Of a stretch of 64,000 nt of DNA, positions 16,006 to 23,211 are shown one piece after another (position 1 is the stretch's first letter; every line of letters begins with the position of its first letter). The DNA is from Paracoccaceae bacterium (GTDB lineage: Bacteria > Pseudomonadota > Alphaproteobacteria > Rhodobacterales > Rhodobacteraceae). Where the stretch lies: positions 54,021 through 118,020 of the forward strand of contig OZ219810.1 of assembly GCA_964291375.2 (NCBI GenBank), in the 5' to 3' direction. The notes under the pieces were generated by a model. That model saw only the letters and a list, made by a program, of their open reading frames with translations. It did no database searches and was not told where the DNA came from. The position numbers and the translations under genes are program-made.

Positions 16006-18175
16006 TTCGCCAGCGCGTTGTGCCGCTCACCGTGAAATCCGCCGCGTTCACATTCTTCACGTCCTCGCTGAACGTCACCCGCCAGGTCACGCTGTCCGCA
16101 TTCGTCGGCGAACTCCCCGGCGTCTGATGCACAATCGACGCAACACCCGGCGCGGTGTTGTCGATCACGTAAGCGCTTTCATCCGTCCCCGTCGGCGCGG
16201 TGTCGGAAAGGGCGTTGTCGGCGAGGTCGGCGATATTCTGCCCGCCCGCAAAGCCGAGCGTCACCGTCGCATTCAGCCCCGCCAGATCGCCACCCGAGGC
16301 GGTCACGTCATACACAAGCGAGGCCGTCACCTGACTGACCGACAGCTGTGCCGTCGTGTTGCTCACCGTGAAATCCGCCGCGTCCACATTCTTCACGTCC
16401 TCGCTGAACGTCACCCGCCAGGTCACGCTGTCCGCATTCGTCGGCGAACTCCCCGGCGTCTGATGCACAATCGACGCAACCCCCGGCGCGGTGTTGTCGA
16501 TCACGTAAGCCCTTTCATCCGTCCCCGTCGGCGCGGTGTTGGAAAGGGCGTTGTCGGCAAGATCGGCGATATTCTGCCCGCCCGCAAAGCCGAGCGTCAC
16601 CGTCGCATTCAGCCCCGCCAGATTGCCCCCCGAGGCGGTCACGTCATACACCCTTGAGGCCGTCACTTCGCTGAAATTCAGCTGTGCCGTCGTGTTGCTC
16701 ACCGTGAAATCCGCCGCGTCCACATTCTTCACGTCCTTGCTGAACGTCACCCGCCAGGTCACGCTGTCCGCATTCGTCGGCGAACTCCCCGGCGTCTGAT
16801 GCACGATCGACGCAACACCCGGCGCGCTGGTGTCATAGACGGACGTGGCCTGCGTGGCCGCAGTGCTCGGGTTGCCCGCCGCATCCGTCGCCGCCGCCGC
16901 CGCAACGTCTATCGTCACCTCGCCCTCCGCCGAGGGCGTGATCTCCGCCGTCCACACCTGATCGGCGGTGACCGGGGTGAAGGACCCGGCCGCGCCGTTG
17001 CCGACGCTGATGTCGCCAACCACAAAACCCGTCACCGGCTCCGAAAAGCTGAACCGGGCGGTGAAGGCCGACGAACTGCGCGCCGGAACATCCGAAATCG
17101 TCACCCCCGGCGCGGTGTTGTCGATCACGTAAGCGCTTTCATCCGTCCCCGTCGGCGCGGTGTTGGAAAGGGCGTTGTCGGCAAGATCGGCGATATTCTG
17201 CCCGCCCGCAAAGCCGAGCGTCACCGTCGCATTCAGCCCCGCCAGATTGCCACCCGAGGCGGTCACGTCATACACAAGCGAGGCCGTCACTTCACTGAAA
17301 TTCAGCTGTGCCGTTGTGCCGCTCACCGTGAAATCCGCCGCGTCCACATTCTTCACGTCCTTGCTGAACGTCACCCGCCAGGTCACGCTGTCCGCATTCG
17401 TCGGCGAACTCCCCGGCGTCTGATATACGATCGACGCAATCCCCGGCGCGGTGTTGTCGATCACGTAAGCGCTTTCATCCGTCCCCGTCGGCGCGGTGTT
17501 GGAAAGGGCGTTGTCGGCGAGGTCGGCGATATTCTGCCCGCCCGCAAAGCCGAGCGTCACCGTCGCATTCAGCCCCGCCAGATTGCCCCCCGAGGCGGTC
17601 ACGTCATACACACGCGAGGCCGTCACCTGACTGACCGACAGCTGTGCCGTTGTGCCGCTCACCGTGAAATCCACCGCGTTCACATTCTTCACGTCCTCGC
17701 TGAACGTCACCCGCCAGGTCACGCTGTCCGCATTCGTCGGCGAACTCCCCGGCGTCTGATGCACGATCGACGCAACACCCGGCGCGGTGTTGACCACCAC
17801 CGGGCCGACAGGATCGCTCACAAGCGTCTCGGTGTTGGGGGTGGTGTCACGGTCGTCGAAGCTCACCCGCACCGCTATATGATAGCCCGCATCGTCGGCA
17901 ACCGGCGTGTAGGTCTGGCCGTCCGCGTCTTGAATTGGTACCGCTCCGGGGCTTACAGGCGAACCGTCAACTACTCTCAGGCGCACCCACCGGAAGCTGT
18001 AGCCAATCGGGAACGCCGTCGAGGGCAGACCATCCGCATCTGCCATATCCCCCGCGCGCGCCGTCAGCGTCCACACCGACAAACGCATCCCCCTCGATCT
18101 CCGGCGCGCCGGTCGCAGGGCTGTTGTCATCATCCAAAATTGTGATCGTCGCCGGGCCGATCCCGGTGCTGTCAT
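15983..18175 (-). CDS. giant gene fragment 4 (entry into the tandem array)
   Basis: LTARAGDMADADGLPSTAFPIGYSFRWVRL continues the module interrupted at about 18071. It is followed by cassettes A A B A A A. Confidence 0.8.
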   Translation of the reverse strand: MTAPGSARRRSQFWMMTTALRPARRRSRGMRLSVWTLTARAGDMADADGLPSTAFPIGYSFRWVRLRVVDGSPVSPGAVPIQDADGQTYTPVADDAGYHIAVRVSFDDRDTTPNTETLVSDPVGPVVVNTAPGVASIVHQTPGSSPTNADSVTWRVTFSEDVKNVNAVDFTVSGTTAQLSVSQVTASRVYDVTASGGNLAGLNATVTLGFAGGQNIADLADNALSNTAPTGTDESAYVIDNTAPGIASIVYQTPGSSPTNADSVTWRVTFSKDVKNVDAADFTVSGTTAQLNFSEVTASLVYDVTASGGNLAGLNATVTLGFAGGQNIADLADNALSNTAPTGTDESAYVIDNTAPGVTISDVPARSSSAFTARFSFSEPVTGFVVGDISVGNGAAGSFTPVTADQVWTAEITPSAEGEVTIDVAAAAATDAAGNPSTAATQATSVYDTSAPGVASIVHQTPGSSPTNADSVTWRVTFSKDVKNVDAADFTVSNTTAQLNFSEVTASRVYDVTASGGNLAGLNATVTLGFAGGQNIADLADNALSNTAPTGTDERAYVIDNTAPGVASIVHQTPGSSPTNADSVTWRVTFSEDVKNVDAADFTVSNTTAQLSVSQVTASLVYDVTASGGDLAGLNATVTLGFAGGQNIADLADNALSDTAPTGTDESAYVIDNTAPGVASIVHQTPGSSPTNADSVTWRVTFSEDVKNVNAADFTVSGTTRWRSDGLKGV

Positions 18176-21100
18176 GGGTGGCGGTGATCACAACCGTCTC
18201 GTCCGGCTCCTCGTCAACCGTGTCCTGAACCGCCGTCACCGTGGTTGTCACCAAACTCGTCCCCGCCGTCAGCGTCAGGCTCTCGTCGGCGATTGTGAAA
18301 TCGTCGGTCTTGGTCGCCGTGCTGCCGTCAAACGCCAGCGTGATCGTCTGGTCTGCCGCAAACGTCACCCCGTTGGTGATCTCAACCGTCACCGTTGATG
18401 TGCCCGCGTCCTCGGCAATCTCCACCGGGTCCACCGACAACGCCAACACTGGTTTCGGCGTCGCGTTGGTCACATCCTCGCTAAAGGTCGCCACCGGGTT
18501 GCCGCCTGTGTCCTTCAGCCGCGGGTCCGCCCCCGGATCGGTATAGCTGACCGTCACCTGCCCGCTGCCAAACCTGATCGCCGCAGAAAGCGTCAGGGTG
18601 ACCTTTGTGCCAGCAACGGAAACGTTATCGACCGACGGCCCGGTATCGCCCCCGATCTGCACCGTGAACGCCCCCTTATCCGGGATCGAAGCCGTATCCA
18701 GCGCCTCGTCAAATGTCAGCACCAGTTCCGCCCCGTTGACCTCTGGCGGCGTGTCCGGGGCCAGCATCGGCGGGGTGGCGTCCGCCACCACCGTGCCGCC
18801 CGGCGGATAGGCGACGCTGGCGCGTGTCTCGCCTGTTCCGCGTGTGTCGGTGAAGCTCACCTTCACCCTGACCTGCTTGCCAACGTCGTCGTCGGTCAGG
18901 GTATAAGTCGCGCCGGTCGCGCCGGAGATGTCGGCCTCGGTCGCGCCATCGACCCGCACCCATTGTAAATTGTAATCCGTCGGGAAGGTCGCATCGGGCA
19001 GCCCGTCCAAATCCGCAATATCCCCCGCATCCGCCGTCAGCACAGCGCCCAACTCTGCCGTGCCGGAAATCCCGGGCGTGCCCGTCGCCGGGCTGTTGGG
19101 GGCCGACAGACTGACCGAAACCTTTTGGCCCACAGTCCAACTGACCGTGAAACGCTCGATGTTCCAGGCAACTCTGCTGCGATCATTACCCGCGTCATCT
19201 CTACTATCCGAGAAGTTCAGGGAAGTATTGCCGACTTTCAGAACAAACCGGTTCTTTTGATCATTCGTCAGATCGTTTTTGAAATCAATGGTGAAGCTGG
19301 TGGCATTACCAACAACCGTTCTGAACACAGCCCGGACTTCGTTATCGCCATCCGGGAAGGTGAAATCATCACCACTCAGGCTGCCGTAAGTTGTGCTGAT
19401 CGTATCGTAACCTGTGTTAGCTCCTGTTATCCCCACCCCCAGGCAGGCGGTCCAGAAAGTGCCGTCAGGCTGGCCGGTGGTGGCGGGACATTCGGGCGAG
19501 CTGTTGGTCACCGCCTGGGCGGCGGTGAAGGTTGCGACAGGATTGCCAGCGGTGTCTTTCAGCCGCGGGTCCGCCCCCGGATCAGTATAGAGCACCGTCA
19601 CCGTCTCGCCCCCGATCACCGCCTCGGCGAGCGTCAGCGTCACCACCGTGTCAGCGACGGAAACACCCGAAACCGTTGTCGTGCGATCCGTATTGTCGAT
19701 GCCGGTCACCGTCACCGTAAACGCACTGCCCGCCGGTTCCTGATCCTCATCCAGCGCCTTATCAAAGGTCAGCGTCAGCGCCTTTGAGGTTACCGCCGCG
19801 CTCCCGCTCACGAACAGGGGCGCGGTGGTGTCGGGAACATCGGTGATATTGACCACGGCAACGGCGACAGTCCCCGCCGAAATCCCCGACGGCAGGGTTC
19901 CGAAACCCAGCGTGATAAACTCGCCGCTGTCGTTGAACGAATCCTCTGCCGCCGTGATCGTAAAGCTCTTCTCTGTCTCTGCCGCGCCAAAGCTCAGGCT
20001 GGCCGGAACCCCGGAATAATCATCCGCGCCCGCGCCGCCGCCGCCCGCTTCGCTCAGCGGTATCTCCACCACCCGGCCCGGCTCGGCGCTCAGCGTCACC
20101 GTGACCGTGACATCTTCGCCCTCATTCACGGTATAGGACGCCTGCCCGTAGCTGACCGACGCCTGCCCGGTGGTGTTCGTAGCATCTTCATCTGTCAGCG
20201 CCGCCGCCGGGTTTCCGGCCAAATCCTGCAACGGCGTCGCGTCTGCCCCCGAAGGCTGTCGATACGAAACCGTCACACTGTCCGATCGCGTCACCTCTGT
20301 GGCCAGCGTCAGCGTCACAACCCGGCCTGCGACCGCGACCGCGCTCGGGGTCTGGTCGGTGCCGTCCACGGTCACCGTAAACGCAGAACCGGGCGGCGTT
20401 GAGTCGGCATCCAGCGTCTCATCATAGGTCAGCGTCAGCGTGCCGCCGGTCGCCACCGCCATCTCGAACTCCGGCGCAGCCGTATCCACCCGGTGGTAGG
20501 GCCATGGCCCGTATGCGTCGTGCTCCAGGTCCGCCGTATTGTCGTGCTCATCCTTTATCTCTTCTGCGGCCAGCTTGTTGGCGGCAACACGTATCCCGTC
20601 GTCGGCCTGATCGCTGTCGGTAACCTCATAGGTGAAGACGAGCTTGGTATCGCCTGCGGCGGTGCTCCGGTCAGCGTCATAGGTGGCGGTGCGCTCTGTC
20701 CCGCCGACATCAATTTTGAGCGTCGGCGGGGGTGTGTCATCCAGGACGATGGCTTCGTGGAACGTCACCTCCAATGCGATTGTCTCGCCCTCTGCATATA
20801 CCCCGTCATGGTCTTCCGGGGGGATCGGCGCAATACTGACAACTTCGGGGCTAAGGGTATCAACCTCAACATCAAGGCTGGCATAAGGGTTGTCATTCCC
20901 GCTTTCGCTGGTGATCCGCCCCTGCGGCAAAAACACCGTCAGCGTTCCCTCGAAATTCTGCTTCGGACGAACATAGAAATCGAAGACCCGCTTCGCCGTA
21001 ACGGTCGCCCAATCCCTGTGAAAAGCACCCGCTCTCGGCGGGGAGCCGTTGGTGACACGTAAATCCTCGGACCTGTCAAAATGTCTGTCCCTCGGAAATC

Positions 21101-23192
21101 GTGTATCTTCGGGAGACTGTTCGTTTATAAGGTCCGGCACAGGCTGGTTGAATGTGATCCTGGCACGAAAGCGCCCTGTCACCGGCTCTGTCGCCTCGGT
21201 GGTTATGTCCGTTTCCATTGGCGGGGCATTGATCGGATAAGGGCCATAGGTTGTCTCTGCGTTGCCCTGATCCACCGCGTCTTCGCGCAGCGTCACCTTG
21301 ATCTCGTCGCCATGCGCACCGGTGGCAGCAACGAATACCCCATACGACCTGTTGCTTCGCAATTGGGTCATAAAATCAATATTTTGCAATACACGCCTCA
21401 CTTCGCCGTTCTGTACCGTGAAATCATCCACGTCCAGCCCGGTAACATCCTGACTGAAATTGAGCGCCACTATGAATTCCCACCGGGTGATAAGATGGTT
21501 TGTATTTACATCGAACTCCCAATCTTGCGGAAAGCGACCCGTTCTCACGGTTGGCCGCGGGGTGTCGTTGGTCACCGCCTGATTGGTCAGCGCCGCCACA
21601 GTGTTGCCGTCCTCATCCCGGATCGGGCTGGCCCCCACCGTGTAATCAAGCCGCACCTGCTGGGGCGCGAACGCCGGGCTGGCAAGGGTCAGGATCACCG
21701 TCTGGCCAGAGACGGCGACGGGACTGGTGCTGTCAAGCGCCCGCACCACGTTATTGATCCGCACCTCGAAATCATCCGCCGCCGGAACCGACGCCGTATC
21801 CAGCACCTCGTCATAGGTCAGCGTCAGCGTGTCGCCGCTCACCACCGCCGTCTCAAGCACCGCCGCACGGGTGCTGGTGACCGTTCCGTCGGACGGATAG
21901 GCGGCGCTGGTGAGCGTTTCCGTGTCCCCGCGCTTGTCGGTAAAGCTGATCCGCGCCTTGATCTGCTTGTCCTCATCGGCGTCCTGAAGCGTGTAGGTGT
22001 TGCCCGCCGCGCCGGTGAGCAGGCTCTCGTCATTGCCATCAACCCGCAGCCACTGCCAGGTATGTCCGTCAGGCAAACCGTCGCTGTCCGTGTCAAAACC
22101 GTCCGCATCCGTGATGCCGCTTGCTGTTGCCGTCAGCACCTGGCCCACCTGCGCGGTGCCCGTCACCGTCACCGTGCCCGTCGCCGGGCTGTTGTCGTCT
22201 TCGGTGATGGTGATCTCTGCCCCGGAGCCGGTGATCGAATAGGTCTGGCTGTCGGTGATATGGGTGTAGTCGGCGATGGCGATGCTGATCGTCCTGTCGC
22301 CTGTGTTGGCTGTGTTGTCTACCGCCTCAATCGTTGTCTCGACCGCGCTTTCGCCCGCAGCAAGCATCAGGGCCGTGCTGCCGATGGTATAGTCGGTTCC
22401 CTCGGTCGCCGTGCCGGTCAGCATCAGGGCGAAGGTCTTATCATCGGGGAACGTGTATCCGTTTGTCGAGCGCACCGTCAGCGTTGAGGCACCGCCATTC
22501 TCAGAAAAATCGTGTCCGCCGAGACATGACAGCTCCAGCTCCGGCGGGGCGTCATCATCGGTCACCGTGGTGGTCGCGGCAGAGCCGGCCCCGATCAGTG
22601 CATTGAAATTTGCATGGGGTGCCACCGTGATGCTCTGGGTTTCATCCGGTTCGTCCCGGCTGTCATCGGTGACCTGCGCCTCTACGGTGATGGTCTGCGC
22701 CGCCCCGTTCTCATTGTTGCCGGTTTCGAATCTGATCAGCTCATTGCTCAGAAGCTCAAGGTTGCCATTCCACCTGCCGCCGGACGTGGTGTCCTGCGCG
22801 TTCAGATACACCCGAACGTGCCGATCCCCCGACGGCATCGGCGCAGGCACCGGCGACAGCGTGACATTGTAAGAGACTGTCCCGGCATCCTCATTCACCG
22901 CCTGCGACGCAGGTGTGATCGTCAGCGTCGCCTTGCCGACCGGCCCGACGCCCGTGCTGGTCAGCGTCTCGGGGTTGCCGGCGTCATCATTGAACGACAC
23001 TTCCACCGCGATGTATTTGCCAATATCGTCGGCAGAGAGTGGCCGATATGTCGCCCCGGTTATGCCCGTGATCACCTCTGCGTTCGTCCCGGTCGCGTCA
23101 TCCTGGCGGAACCACTTGTAGCTATAGCTGACGCGGTTCAGCCCTTCCGTATCCGCAATGCCGGAGACATTCGCCGTCAGTGTCTCGCCCAC
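17967..23192 (-). CDS. giant gene fragment 3 (1741 codons)
   Basis: Same domain vocabulary: Calx-beta, SwmB-type repeats, one Cys-FW-Cys module and W-x-W sandwich modules. This frame is already open upstream to about 23325, where it continues fragment 2. Confidence 0.85.
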   Translation of the reverse strand: MGETLTANVSGIADTEGLNRVSYSYKWFRQDDATGTNAEVITGITGATYRPLSADDIGKYIAVEVSFNDDAGNPETLTSTGVGPVGKATLTITPASQAVNEDAGTVSYNVTLSPVPAPMPSGDRHVRVYLNAQDTTSGGRWNGNLELLSNELIRFETGNNENGAAQTITVEAQVTDDSRDEPDETQSITVAPHANFNALIGAGSAATTTVTDDDAPPELELSCLGGHDFSENGGASTLTVRSTNGYTFPDDKTFALMLTGTATEGTDYTIGSTALMLAAGESAVETTIEAVDNTANTGDRTISIAIADYTHITDSQTYSITGSGAEITITEDDNSPATGTVTVTGTAQVGQVLTATASGITDADGFDTDSDGLPDGHTWQWLRVDGNDESLLTGAAGNTYTLQDADEDKQIKARISFTDKRGDTETLTSAAYPSDGTVTSTRAAVLETAVVSGDTLTLTYDEVLDTASVPAADDFEVRINNVVRALDSTSPVAVSGQTVILTLASPAFAPQQVRLDYTVGASPIRDEDGNTVAALTNQAVTNDTPRPTVRTGRFPQDWEFDVNTNHLITRWEFIVALNFSQDVTGLDVDDFTVQNGEVRRVLQNIDFMTQLRSNRSYGVFVAATGAHGDEIKVTLREDAVDQGNAETTYGPYPINAPPMETDITTEATEPVTGRFRARITFNQPVPDLINEQSPEDTRFPRDRHFDRSEDLRVTNGSPPRAGAFHRDWATVTAKRVFDFYVRPKQNFEGTLTVFLPQGRITSESGNDNPYASLDVEVDTLSPEVVSIAPIPPEDHDGVYAEGETIALEVTFHEAIVLDDTPPPTLKIDVGGTERTATYDADRSTAAGDTKLVFTYEVTDSDQADDGIRVAANKLAAEEIKDEHDNTADLEHDAYGPWPYHRVDTAAPEFEMAVATGGTLTLTYDETLDADSTPPGSAFTVTVDGTDQTPSAVAVAGRVVTLTLATEVTRSDSVTVSYRQPSGADATPLQDLAGNPAAALTDEDATNTTGQASVSYGQASYTVNEGEDVTVTVTLSAEPGRVVEIPLSEAGGGGAGADDYSGVPASLSFGAAETEKSFTITAAEDSFNDSGEFITLGFGTLPSGISAGTVAVAVVNITDVPDTTAPLFVSGSAAVTSKALTLTFDKALDEDQEPAGSAFTVTVTGIDNTDRTTTVSGVSVADTVVTLTLAEAVIGGETVTVLYTDPGADPRLKDTAGNPVATFTAAQAVTNSSPECPATTGQPDGTFWTACLGVGITGANTGYDTISTTYGSLSGDDFTFPDGDNEVRAVFRTVVGNATSFTIDFKNDLTNDQKNRFVLKVGNTSLNFSDSRDDAGNDRSRVAWNIERFTVSWTVGQKVSVSLSAPNSPATGTPGISGTAELGAVLTADAGDIADLDGLPDATFPTDYNLQWVRVDGATEADISGATGATYTLTDDDVGKQVRVKVSFTDTRGTGETRASVAYPPGGTVVADATPPMLAPDTPPEVNGAELVLTFDEALDTASIPDKGAFTVQIGGDTGPSVDNVSVAGTKVTLTLSAAIRFGSGQVTVSYTDPGADPRLKDTGGNPVATFSEDVTNATPKPVLALSVDPVEIAEDAGTSTVTVEITNGVTFAADQTITLAFDGSTATKTDDFTIADESLTLTAGTSLVTTTVTAVQDTVDEEPDETVVITATHDSTGIGPATITILDDDNSPATGAPEIEGDAFVGVDADGARGGYGRCGWSALDGVPDWLQLPVGAPESS
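19105..19490 (-). other. Cys-FW-Cys module 8
   Basis: ECPATTGQPDGTFWTACLGVG ... FVLKVGNTSLNF ... VAWNIERFTVSWTVGQKVSVSL. Confidence 0.5.
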
Positions 23193-23211
23193 CTGTATCG
23201 TGCCTGCGGGA

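Larger units (their letters stand above)
8234..17785 (-). repeat. coding tandem array: 20 full and 1 truncated A cassettes (336 bp, 112 aa) plus 9 B cassettes (288 bp, 96 aa)
   Basis: Periods of 336 and 624 bp are visible directly, for example plus-strand mirror ORFs at 8532/9156/9780, 11075/11411 and 12993/13617. Cassettes were read from the translations. Confidence 0.9.

Noticed and set aside
8234-17785. The regular periodic array could be mistaken for a CRISPR locus.
   Set aside because: Units are 336 and 288 bp, contiguous and near-identical, with no unique spacers. They translate into Ig-like protein cassettes. No cas genes are present.
8459-18145. Many long plus-strand ORFs across the array, for example 9419..10666, 12632..14506 and 16799..18145. 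They encode Arg/Gly/His-rich proteins (MHDRRNTRRAGVIDGRGLRGRSARVARRIRRRRRR...), and there are also repeated 87-aa and 64-aa ORFs.
   Set aside because: They are mirror-strand artefacts of a very GC-rich coding repeat. They have extreme Arg-rich low-complexity composition and the same 336/624-bp period as the sense cassettes. They have no independent start signals, and the minus strand gives clean domain translations.
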